DNA from: Setoptus koraiensis
Taxonomy: Eukaryota; Animalia; Arthropoda
DNA: 64,000 nucleotides
Assembly: GCA_048013815.1 (NCBI GenBank)
Contig: CM106586.1
Span: 6,448,001 to 6,512,000, forward strand
Direction of reading: 5' to 3'
A program made the position numbers and the translations under genes. This document shows, piece by piece, positions 53,677-64,000 of the stretch. Each line of letters starts with the position of its first letter. The stretch's first letter is position 1. The notes beneath the pieces were generated by a model. It was not told the origin of the DNA and made no database searches. It saw only the letters and a program-made list of their open reading frames with translations.

Positions 53677-56600
53677 GCTGTTGTTGTCGCTGTTGTTGCT
53701 GTTGTTGTTTTGGTATTTCGCCGCCGTGGCAGCACCAGCACATTAGCGGCGCCCCAGCCGGCAACGCAAGCTCAGCGAGAGATAAAAGTGCCAGCCAGCC
53801 AGGCGAGCAGTTAGAGGGCTAGCCGAGAAGCATCACTCAAGAAACACTCGTCTAATTTGAATTGAGACGTTTTGAGATGACGGCATCGCTCTGACATTGT
53901 TGTAAATGCCTCTGGACGAGCGCGCGGGCCCCCGCAACCGACAGCCTCGCTGCAGCCTAATAGACAAGTGACAGGGGGGGCGCCGTTTAACAGCGGGTTG
54001 TTGTTGCTGCTGCTGCAGCGCCGACAATGATTTGCGAATCGGTTGCTCGCCGTTGTTGCGTGTTAGCTGAAGCAAACGCGCCAGCGAACGCGCCAGAGAA
54101 GCCGAATCGGAATTCATTTCCATTCGAATCGGATCATTCTATTCAATGGTTCATTGCCGCTCGCTTGCCACACACACACGCACACACACACACTCGCACA
54201 CACGCTTGCTATTCATGCCACGTGAATTGGTCATTTCGTTTCATTGCGTCATTTTGTTGTTTGTTGGCATTTGTGTTTTGTTGGCGCCGTTGAACAATTG
54301 GAGTGCGTGTGTGTGTGTGTGTGTTCTGGTCAGCAGTTTGGCTTGCTTGACAGAACACACAAACACAAACAAGAGTTGAAGTAAGAGACAGACAGACGCA
54401 CGAGCAAGAAGAAGAAGAAGAAGAAGTTTGCGTAATCGCGACTTCTTAATGGCACCAGCGCTCGCCAAGACATTGGGGCCCCTCTTGTGGCCTCACTTTT
54501 ATCCCTCTTTGGCCTGTCGCAAAGGCGACCTAGAGGACGGGCGGCCCAGCGAGAGGCCCGCTTTGCTTGGCTTCTGGCCAGTCCAAGTTGGCCCTAACTG
54601 CTCCAAGTCGGCCCTAACTGGTCCGAGTTGTGCCTAACTGCTCCAAGTCGGCCCCAACTGCTGTCACACGCACACACTAGGCGGCCCGCTCGCTGCTCAC
54701 CTGTGTGCCATCATGGGCACACTTTGCGGCCTTTGGGCGCGTATAATATTGCGTAATATTGTCGCACTAACGGAGACAGACAGACAGAATATACTAAACA
54801 TTATGTAGCCAGTCTAAACTGCGCGCCACAGTGCGCAATCATCTTTGCCGGCCATATGGGTCGATTGAGCCGCTGCACGGGCCCGTCGCTGAGGCCCCAG
54901 CGACTCGGCAGCGGCGCTCGGGGGCCCGATGTTGGGGCCGCCAATAAAACTGGTCACTTTTAGTGCATTTATATCGAGTTATTAGAGTCAAGTGTTGTGT
55001 CAGGTTAAACGGCACAGCAAGCCAGCCGGCCGGCCGGCCAGCGCCAGAGAATATTTACCGTGCCAATCCAATTAAATGCGCAATCCACTTGTCACACACA
55101 CACACACACACACACTAACCAATGATGGCAATGTCAACCAACTCTTGCTTCGCTCGCTAACTGGCCCCCTTGCCATTAGCAGCGTTGGAAACATTTGAAA
55201 CTGTCGAAGCCTAGGCCGGCCTAACTTAGGCCGGCCTAGCAGAGAATGGCGGCAGCCACCGGGGCCCCTTTGGGCGCCGTCCGATCCAATTGCCTACTTC
55301 CTGTCAACTAAACAACTCAATGTTGATCGCTTGCTGTTGTTTAAATTGGAGCCACTCTGTGCCAATCAATTCCAATTGAGCTAACTTTGCCATTGGTGGT
55401 GCCACGAGCCGGCGGCGGGCCCGCCACTCAAGCGGCCAATCTCGAGTAATCGGCGGCGAGCGGCGGATTGCAGCATTTAAACAAATGCTGCAAATCCTGG
55501 CATGGCCGCCCCAAACACTGTTTATGGCCCATTTGGCTGTTTATTATTTGCGTCGCCATCTGGCGCACATTTTGCAACACTAGCAATTGCAAAGTTTATG
55601 CTTTGCACAAACTACTATTTATACTGTACACTGTCACAATATTACTGTGTACATATACACCGTCTACACAGCTACACACAGTGAGCTGGGCCCCATCCAG
55701 CTGAGGGGCCCCATCGAGCTGCGGGGCCCCATTGAGCCGTGCAGCACTCGAGCGTGTACAAAGCGTAATGCACACAATAACAATAATAGCAACAATAATA
55801 TATTATATTACCGGCCGTGGGCTGTGATGGTCGGCTAAATGGGCAAATCTATGAATATGTAAATAGATGATGTATACAAAAATAGATGATTAGATTATAG
55901 TTTGGCCCGGGTTGCATCGCTTGGATAATCGCTCATCTAATTTTCATTTTGTCTAGACTACCGACGAGAGCTAGAGAGCGAGAGCGAGAGAGAGAGAGAC
56001 GAAATGCAAATTGACTCCACCTATTTGGCCGCGTGTGAGCATGAATAATTGATCAAGCACCAACTAATACCAGCTCTCTATACTAATCTCATTTCGTCCC
56101 ATTTGGTCCCCTTTGGTCCCATTTGGTCCCATTTGGTGGCAACGTCACAATGGCCAAATTCATATTTATAAATACGCGCGCACGCGTTATATCCATAAAT
56201 CATGTCTTGGCCAATTGGCCATTGATTGAAACCAACACCACCGACCGTGACGGTGTGCTGCGATGGGGGGACAAATTGCCGCAAACAAACCATAAATAAC
56301 AGACAAAATTGATGCCTCGTTTACGCGTTCCAGGAGCTCCAGTTGTTCGAGCACCACCGATCAGGTGCAAAACAGCACCTCCATCGAGTCCATTCAGTGC
56401 ATTTGTTTTGTCGACAGTCACCAGCAGCAGGGCAAGTCAGGTAGGTTACGCGATACAAATCGTTGGTGTTGTTGCGTTGGGGCCCGCGGGCCCCAACGCA
56501 ACAACACCAACAACAATAATGCACTCTCGCACGCTCTCGCGCTGGCCGGACGCTAATTAATTATCTATCTACTGTTGCCATTCTTGCCGTTGCCATTCCC

Positions 56601-59600
56601 ACTGTCGCCACTGTCGCGCTCGCCGATGTTGCCTTTTCGCACTGATGCCGTTTCCAACGCCACCGCTACGGACACCGCTACGGACACCGCCACGGACACC
56701 GCCACGGACACCGCCACGGACACCGCCACGGACACCGCGCTGCACACAAACCGACCGGATGTCTTGCATTGGCCAACCCGCTATCTTGGGCCATCTTGGG
56801 CCATCTTGGCGCCGCTCGGTACGCCGTGCCGCGGCTATTTGTGACGCGACCGTTTGTAACGCGACCATTTGTGATGCAACTATTTGTATCGCGACTGTTT
56901 GCAACGCGACCAACATTACATGCCCAACATTACGTCACAACCAACGTGTGCAATGGCAACCGTGTGCCAATTGTGTGTCCGCGCCGGAATTTCGCAATTG
57001 TGCAGAGTCTAGCCAATTGTGGCTGGGCACCAGCCATGGCGCCGTTATATTGATCAGCATAACTATGCCGGATTCGGACGACAATCGCGTGTTGCAGCTA
57101 CAATCTGTTATTGCGATGCCGACGGGTGAGTTGTTTGAGATGACGTTGGCCTGCTCAGCTCGCGACCCGAGCAACTTAATGTCACTCAATATTGCATGTT
57201 ACATAATGTCGTGGCTGCAAACGGCAATTTCGCTCTCTTGTGCTCTTATTTGCGTGATGACACAATGCCCGCTACTCACTGACCCCAAACTTTCTCATAT
57301 TCCCGACAACGACAACAACAACAACAATTCATACGTTCATTCGTTTGTTGTTTGTCATTTCGTCATCGTTGGCCGCCGTCCATTCGCAACTCGTTATCTC
57401 TCGCTTGGCGCTGTTGTTGGCTCGCTCTCAAACGCTGCTCAAATGCCGCCCAAATGCCGCCCAAATGCCCGCCCGACGGCCCATTCTGAACGGATGTTAT
57501 TCTTGGCCGGGGACCCCTGGCCAATGTTATTGTGTTTTATACACTGCATACATACTGCATTACATAATATTAGCCACCAACATCAGGCTGTCCGGCTCCA
57601 TCCTGTGCCTGTGTCAGCTACAAATGGACTTGCACAACAACGCCAACAACTCTAACAACAACAACAACAACAATAGCGCCGCCAGCAACAACGGCTCACA
57701 CTTGCATCATCTGCCATCCAGCAGCTCCACAGAAGAGGCCAGCTCCGGCACTTCCGGTTCACAAAATCCATCCAGCAGTTTACAACAGCAGCAGCAGCAG
57801 ACTACGAGCCAGCGGGCGGCCAACAGTTTGGTCAATACAAGTGCTAATAGCTCGCTCAATAAACAAGATTCGTCGTCGTTTGATTCGCCTTCTACCACAA
57901 CTACTCACACAACAACACATGCCACGGCCAATGCCAATGCTGCTAACAGCTCCACCGCTACGGGCCCCACTGGCGGCAGCACCGGTAGTGCCGGTAGCGG
58001 CACAAGTGGCGCCTCTAGTGGCAACAACACTACAACACCTATTAAAGTCAATCAGGGCAATATTGTTAATGCTGCAAGCAAATCAATTATGGTTATTGTG
58101 TCAGAGAAACACGCCAGAGTTTATCAATTGCCATTAGATGCGTCATTGCTCAACGATACAAACAACTTGTCCGCCCCTCACACATCCGGCGGCGGCTGTG
58201 GTGCCGGTGGCGCGGGTGCTAGTGGCGGTTCCGGTTGCGGTGGTGGCTCTGGCGCCGGTGGCGCTAACAGCGGCGCCGCCGAGCAACAACAATTGAACAA
58301 AGACAAACACCATTGTTGTTTGGCAAAGATCAAATTGACAGAGACCTCGTTTGCATGCAAATCGTCAATAGTCCCAATGAAACAACCAGATGAATCGTGC
58401 CTTGTAACCTATTTAGCGACTGGCAATATCCTCATACACAGTTTGCCCAAATTGAAGCTATTACTAGATGTCGACTTTGTGCCTTTGTGCAACGTCAGGT
58501 GAGTAGCGTGTTACATAATCTAATAATCTAATTAGCTGACTCACTCACAGACACAATTGCCGCTGCCGATGCTAACTGTGCGCCTTTTCGCCCTCATTGG
58601 CCTCATTGGCCTCATTGGCCCGCTGGCCCCGTTGGCCATATTGACAATATATTGACAATATATTGACCATATTGATCGGACACAACACGTGACACGATTG
58701 TCGATGCGCGCAATGTTTGCATATTATTGCTATTATGTCACTGTGCATTATATCATTGATATTGCAACAACCCAACAACTGCAACAACGACGCAAACGAC
58801 GGCCACAACAACCACGACCCAATGACAACAACAACAACAACCCAATGACAACAACAACAACGACCCAATAACAACAACAGAATCGCTACCACATTGTGCT
58901 TTAGCAGAAACGGACACGGACTTTATTTGTCCTCGGCCAGCGAGCTCACCAAATTCACCATTAATGCCGCCTACAAAGCAATGGTCAACGACATGATTGG
59001 CTCCGTTTACGTGCCTAAGGACATGCCCGAGATGCCCAGGCCCAATTTCTTCAAGGCGCTGTCGTCCAGTTTGTTCTCCACGTCGGGAAAATCGTCGGAT
59101 CGCGACGAGCTATGTGAGTACCGCTGCTGCCACTGTGTGATCACTAATTACTTGTCACTAATCACGAGCAATTAGTGGTCGCTACCCCAATAATACCCTA
59201 ATACCTCGCCGAGTATTTAATAATAATGAATAATAATATTAATACGTATATTTTGTGTATTCACGCATATTGACCGCTGCTCTGCGCTGCGCTGCACTGC
59301 AACAAAACAAAACAAAACGAAACTAAACGAAACTAAACGAAACACAGTCTCGGAAAATTCCGCGGGCAAGGCGTCGCGCGGTGTCGCCCGACACATTCCG
59401 GGTGCCGGCATGGACAAGCTGAATCGGGCCGCCGCGGGCACCGTCGGCCACGAACTGCGAATGGCTCGCGAAGGCCTAGACGAGCGAGGAGAGAAACTGA
59501 GCGAACTGGAGGACAAGACACTGCAAATGATGAACCAGGCCGAGTCGTATGGTCAGTCGGCGTCGCAATTGGTGGCCAAATTCAAAGACAAAAAATGGTA

Positions 59601-59610
59601 CCAATTCTAG
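28592..59610 (+). CDS. STXBP5: Tomosyn / syntaxin-binding protein 5 (WD40 double propeller + C-terminal R-SNARE); isoforms of ~1934, 1749 or 1868 aa
   Basis: Constitutive exons 28592-31242, 31382-31712, 56303-56440, 57006-57125, 57574-58498, 58881-59113 and 59348-59610, plus one of three cassettes. Hallmarks VRHGFP, LQSKWLYIGTERGN, WNKAIELS, ITGHADGSVQFWD, SFTRSRSSS, LDERGEKL and KDKKWYQF*. Confidence 0.95.
31382..31712 (+). CDS. STXBP5: Tomosyn coding exon 2
   Basis: attatcAG|G CTC GCC TAT (LAYSHDNGIVIVDIIQK, cf. LVVFGNCNGIAMVDYLQK as recalled); donor GAA CAG|GTAAGT (phase 0). Confidence 0.92.
33134..33197 (+). repeat. (CAA/CAG)n microsatellite, ~21 units, intronic
   Basis: Read directly from the sequence. 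Confidence 0.95.
35345..36488 (+). CDS. STXBP5: Tomosyn alternative cassette exon A (381 codons +1 nt, disordered)
   Basis: attaacctAG|AGA AAT ATT (phase 0, in frame with ORF 35375..36778); donor TTC TTT G|GTGAGT (phase 1). Confidence 0.7.
41589..42177 (+). CDS. STXBP5: Tomosyn alternative cassette exon B (196 codons +1 nt), begins with ATG
   Basis: aatgttAG|ATG CCC ATA (phase 0); donor TCA TAT G|GTATGG (phase 1); ORF 41589..42197. Confidence 0.65.
43253..44198 (+). CDS. STXBP5: Tomosyn alternative cassette exon C (315 codons +1 nt)
   Basis: taacctttAG|TCG AGT CCA TTT CAA (phase 0; open and in frame with ORF 43436..44230); donor GCC TCA G|GTAATT (phase 1). Confidence 0.7.
45642..45730 (+). 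repeat. 18-bp tandem repeat (CTCTCTCTCCGAACGTCG) x4-5
   Basis: Read directly from the sequence. Confidence 0.88.
46609..46665 (+). repeat. 14-bp tandem repeat (CTCGGCTCTCAATY) x4
   Basis: Read directly from the sequence. Confidence 0.88.
47761..47830. repeat. 30-bp tandem repeat x2.3, each unit headed by the palindrome GCGACTAGTCGC
   Basis: Units start at 47761, 47791 and 47821. Confidence 0.9.
48806..48818. promoter_or_regulatory. RFX X-box-like element GTTCCTAGGTAAC (tomosyn intron)
   Basis: Matches the 13-bp GTTNC-N3-RNAAC X-box form; a single site, function unproven. Confidence 0.3.
52978..53057 (+). repeat. 16-bp tandem repeat (AGTGTTGTGCCGGCCC, drifting to AGTGTTAGCCGGGCCC) x5
   Basis: Read directly from the sequence. 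Confidence 0.88.
53587..53676 (+). repeat. (GTT)n microsatellite, ~30 units, intronic
   Basis: Perfect run. Confidence 0.97.
54594..54662 (+). repeat. 20-bp tandem repeat (GCCCTAACTGCTCCAAGTCG) x3.5
   Basis: Read directly from the sequence. Confidence 0.8.
56303..56440 (+). CDS. STXBP5: Tomosyn constitutive exon after the hypervariable region ((D)KIDASFTRSRSSSCSS...)
   Basis: aaataacAG|AC AAA ATT GAT (phase 1); donor TCA G|GTAGGT; matches the conserved DNSFSRSRSSS motif as recalled. Confidence 0.9.
56661..56738 (+). repeat. 12-bp tandem repeat (CACCGCYACGGA) x6.5, intronic
   Basis: Read directly from the sequence. Confidence 0.92.
57006..57125 (+). CDS. STXBP5: Tomosyn exon (ESSQLWLGTSHGAVILISI...)
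   Basis: ttgtgcAG|AG TCT AGC; ACG G|GTGAGT; cf. PCLWVGTTLGTVLVI as recalled. Confidence 0.9.
57574..58498 (+). CDS. STXBP5: Tomosyn exon (RLSGSIL...VSEKHARVYQLP...SLPKLKLLLDV)
   Basis: taatattAG|CC ACC AAC; GTC AG|GTGAGT; within ORF 57345..58502. Confidence 0.9.
58881..59113 (+). CDS. STXBP5: Tomosyn exon (IATTLCFSRNGHGLYL...DRDEL)
   Basis: acaacAG|A ATC GCT; CTA T|GTGAGT. Confidence 0.92.
59348..59610 (+). CDS. STXBP5: Tomosyn terminal exon encoding the R-SNARE domain
   Basis: aacacAG|TC TCG GAA; ...LDERGEKLSELEDKT...KDKKWYQF TAG; zero-layer Arg intact. Confidence 0.95.
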
Positions 59611-59768
59611 TGTGTGTGTTGTTGTCTACGACAATACGTCGTTACGTAATCAATGTTTTATAAGTAGTTTTGCACACACTCAACAACTAACGAACCCATC
59701 AACCCGATCAACCAATCGAGTGTTTATTTGGCCCCCTGAGCGTGCAACAATCGACTAAACGCTTGATT

Positions 59769-59770
<2 letters not shown>

Positions 59771-59816
<46 letters not shown>
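59771..59816 (+). repeat. (TG)23 microsatellite in the probable tomosyn 3' UTR
   Basis: Read directly from the sequence. Confidence 0.95.
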
Positions 59817-59818
<2 letters not shown>

Positions 59819-61068
59819 CAATAGAAATGCATAATCATGTTGCATAATTTGGCCGAATTTCGCTAACAAAGCCTAGCTTGCGGGTGCAAGTAAAAGCAGT
59901 CGCAGCACACACATGAGAAAGAATATAATTATCGCATTCTGAGAACATTCCGACATGCCAACACACACACACACACACTTACATTAGCAACAATTGCAAT
60001 TGCAATCAATCATCATCGTCACTAATTTAACAGCAACAGCAACAAATTAAAACTAATCAAAGTCAAACTATCAGATGAAACGGTGTGAGTGCGCGCGAAC
60101 GAATCAGCGCCGCATCAGCATCGTGGTCGTCGTCACAAATTGCCCCCCTTTAATCACCTGTAACATCAATGAATACAGTGTGTGTAATGTGTAGTGTGTT
60201 GTTGTTATGTAATCGCGCGCGCGTATAGTCATTGAATCGTATTATCATCATCAACTATCAATTGTATTGTAACGCTGTTGTAGTTTATTTGTTTCATTAT
60301 CAATTGTAGTAGCAGGCCGCACAAACGCAACAACAGCGACGCAATGTTGTTGCGTTGCACCCACACAAGTCACCTTGATTATTACTATTACTATTATCAT
60401 TATTATTGCTATTACATACGATTATTAAATTTGAATAGACTGTTATTATTAATATTAGAAAATAATAAAAGTAAAATAGAGTGTATATGTTGCAATGGTT
60501 GCGTTGTGTCGGACAGTCCGCACTCCGGACAATTTGTGTGTTTGTTGTGTTTGTTGTGTCTTTTGTGTTTTGTTGTGTTTTTTGCGTTGACCCACCGGCT
60601 AACCGAATTGCGTGCCGCTACATTCATTGCTAATGAATCATTAGATAGATGCCGTGCGTGATAATCGAGATTCATTGAGTGATTCTGATATGATAACATG
60701 ATTATATCTATTAATCAGCGCCAGTTGACGTTGCACGTTGTTTAGGCCGTTTAGTGTCAGTTTTACTCTGTTTGGGCTGCCGGCTGCTGTTGGCCCATTT
60801 CGACCGATAATGGCCGATAAACAAAAAGGTAACACCTTGCGGGCCGGTCTGGCCAGCGTTCGGGCCAGCTCTTGTTGCGCCTCTTGTGGCCGGCGATGGT
60901 CAGATCAGTCATCGGCTGGCACCGTTGGTTAATTGTGTTTGTGTCCATTATCATGTGTGTATTATTCATGTTAGCATTTTACGTAACACGGCGGAATGGC
61001 ACACACACGCACTAATTGAATCTCTACGTCTGTGTGTCCATTGTTATCGCTGTTGTTGTTGCTGTCGC

Positions 61069-61099
<31 letters not shown>

Positions 61100-62809
61100 G
61101 CTGCTGCTGCCGTTGCCGTAGCGAGCCAGGTGAGTGCGAGCATTCATTAGTCATCGGCTGGCTTCAGTCATGAGTCAGCGACTGACAAACAGCGACAACA
61201 GCAACAGATGAGAGGAGCAAGACAAGCGAGAGAGAGCGGGCAAAATATTCATTTGGTCACCGTTAACTTCCGAATATTAAAGCAGCAACGGAAACTTTCT
61301 CGTCTCATGACAGGCACAATTGAGCCGGTGACTGGCCAATTGTGGCCAGTCGACACAACGGGAAGTGGCATCATCATTACACTACTAACGTTATATGAAT
61401 ATTACAATATTCATGACGACGATGAATAACATTATTAGTCATATATGCCTGGCCCGGCAGTGTCTTACAAGGCGGTCAGTGTGTTGTGAGGCCAGTGTGT
61501 TGTGCGGTGGTAGTTCACACACTGACGGCACAACAACAATTAAATCATCATCTAAATCACAGATATGAACGCACACGGCAACAACAATGCGGCAGCCAGT
61601 GCTGCCGTTGGCCCGTTTGCTGTCGAGCTGCCGGCCAACTGCAGCAAACTGGCCAGCAAATGCAAATGAGTCCACACAAACCGCTGACCGTTTGTTGCCC
61701 CACTCACCTGTTGCTCGTTTTGTTTCTGGGGTGTGACTTGCAGCTTTCTCCCCTCTTTTTGCTCTTTCTTTGGCTTGTCTCTCTGGAAAACTTTCGCGCT
61801 CTCTCTCTACACAATCGCTCGCCCTAAACACTCGCTCGCCCTACACACTCGCTCGCCCTACACACTCGCTCGCCAGCGAACGAGAGAAAACGGCCAGCAG
61901 CCAGCAAAAGTAACGGCCACTTCGGGGGAGGTGGTGACAGAGCCAGTCTTGCCATTGTTGTTGTTTAGCCAGCAGATAACTTGTTTGGCTGTGTCGTGGT
62001 TGTCACAACGGCCACCGAGCTGCCAGCTAGCATCACATGATAGAGAGGAAAGTGCTTTCACTGATCATCTCGCTGACAAGGTGACTGACTTCATATAGTG
62101 CAGCAGCTTGACAGCAGTCTGTTGCAGCAACAGCAACAACAACAACAACAACCACTCGTCTCCACTGGTCGTCGTCTTAGCGTTTTAGCGCCGCTTAACC
62201 GTAATTTTTGCCGCTAAATCCATTTGCGTCGTTCATCACACCTCAGTCACGAAAAGTTGCCTCTGCGAAAGTTAACTCGGCGAGCATCGCACTCACTTGT
62301 TATGCATAACAATTTACAAGTGTTCACGAGCGTCCATCAATAATCGTAATCAGCAACAACAACAATTGATAATTGATAATTCAATCAAACACTTTCCGCT
62401 CATTGTATCCTCTGAGTACAACCACTCATACACCTTGCAACACGACGGACAGCGATCGTTCAATGCACCCTCATTATTGAGAAGCCAACAATGCCCAAAC
62501 AGCCAGCGCAGTCGCATTATTTTGTCAGCGCTGTAGTCGTCGCATCATTCTGGTTCAGGCTGGCAAGTTAGTCGCCACATCAATCGATCGAACGTCGCCA
62601 CTCAATTCATCCAGCGCCCAGCCAACAGCAACCAACATCAACCGCAACAACCAACAACAACCAACCAACTAACAACAATAACTCTCAATAACAAACAGAC
62701 TCACAAGTTGGCACCAGCATACAGAGGACACGGCTTTCTCTAACATAACTCTCTTCATAAGAGAACGTTCGCCAGTACGTGCAATTCGCAGCAATTAATT
62801 ATTGAGAAT

Positions 62810-62909
62810 ATGAGACAACGAAACAAACAAGAGCGAGCCAGCAAAACCGCTTGCCATCTAATTAACTTGATTTTTGTACTGCTCATCCAATTAGTGCATC
62901 TCCATCAGG
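62810..62909 (+). CDS. Possible first coding exon of a secreted protein (signal-peptide-like)
   Basis: ATG...MRQRNKQERASKTACHLINLIFVLLIQLVHLHQ G|GTAAGT: basic N-region, hydrophobic core and strong phase-1 donor; the downstream exon is not established. Confidence 0.22.
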
Positions 62910-64000
62910 GTAAGTCACACTTGCATCAACTTTCAACACAATTCGAGGTGTCGCACCAGCGTCACCAGTGTTCATGTCAGACGAGTCAGGCTTGCCTGAT
63001 GGTGCTGACTAGAGGCCAGGCGAGCCATGGCCTCCGACGAACGGATAAGTCACCGTTGAACGAGGACGATCTGGTTCAAAAGTTTGCTGCTGTAGTGTTG
63101 TTGCGATTCTTTCAGCCTATCGGCTGGGCACATTCGGCGCCAAAGAATTGACCAACATGGCACAAGTGTCTCAGAAAATGACCTTTTCTCACACTCAATT
63201 GTTGTCGTTGATTTGTTTCAGCTGATCATTATCATCGACGTCGCAGTTAGATAGACACGGAGTTCGATGACAACATTTCGCACTTTACTCTTGCCACTCC
63301 AGTATACGGCATCATTGCAACCATGCACAATGGCGCACAATGATGCACACGACGGTGGCAAAAATTATACACTTCTAGTCGAGATAATAGCCCCAAATCT
63401 ATCTATCCATCGACTCAATAATAGATATGTATATATGAGCACTTTATATAACACACATTATATAAGTGTGACAACGCCATGACAACCGTCATTAAGTAAT
63501 AATGATGATGATGATGATGATGAATAAAAGCTCCTGTTCTACACGGTCCATTGGAGCCAGTTAGACTAGCTAGACACAACTGTAACAAAAACAATCGAAC
63601 CGATCGAACCATTTCGTTTTATTTTATTATTTCTCATTTTATTATTTAGCTCTACACACACTCAACAGCGGCAGCATCAACAGCGACAACAACAACAGCG
63701 ACAGCGAAAACAACAGTGAAAATGCGAAGAAAATTCAATTATTTGAACTATTTGTCGGAGATTTGTTTTGTTGGCTGGCCAGTGAAAATGGTGCTGGCTT
63801 GACATTCAATTGTTTAGCGTCTCTTAAATTCAATTTCAGACAGACGCGGAGTGATGCGGAGAAAGAGATAAGGTGAGGTGATTCACTCACCATAGAGGCG
63901 ATCAAATGAAGACAACAACAACAATCGTCTTCATTTGATCATTCACATACTACTGAATCTTATCTGACTCACTCGAATAACTGGTCAACTCCAAAAATAA

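Noticed and set aside
53354-53822. Five overlapping poly-L/V/C/Q/T ORFs
   Set aside because: All are translations of the (GTT)30 microsatellite.
56645-57655. 336-aa ORF read as one exon
   Set aside because: Only 57006-57125 matches tomosyn; the rest is intronic 12-bp repeat and read-through.

Overview
Eukaryotic genomic DNA with spliced genes, probably from an arthropod. A mite is my guess from the poly-N/T/Q/H-rich proteins and short introns; this is inference. I could reconstruct four genes by hand with phase-consistent GT-AG exon chains. (1) A CFAP157-like ciliary coiled-coil gene on the minus strand (<11..~3745) runs off the left edge and has a ~393-codon alternative terminal exon or nested ORF at 380..1559. 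(2) A 13-exon Nanchung-type TRPV channel lies at 21492..25738 (+). (3) An intronless PLPP6-like lipid phosphatase lies at 25923..26570 (-). (4) Tomosyn/STXBP5 spans 28592..59610 (+). The main find is in tomosyn: the 24.6-kb gap between its second exon and the DASFTRSRSSS exon holds three large, unrelated, disordered cassette exons (381, 196 and 315 codons). All three enter in phase 0 and leave in phase 1 on a G, so exactly one must be used, i.e. a frame-enforced mutually exclusive array. Other notable points: two ciliary genes sit head-to-head, the TRP-box Trp appears replaced by Asn, most 3' splice sites lack a polypyrimidine tract, and the PAR-bZIP-type palindrome RTTA(Y)(R)TAAY is strongly over-represented in non-coding DNA. 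Most entries in the supplied ORF track are low-complexity artefacts. Homologue comparisons use sequences recalled from memory, not database searches. No rRNA, tRNA or CRISPR array was seen.
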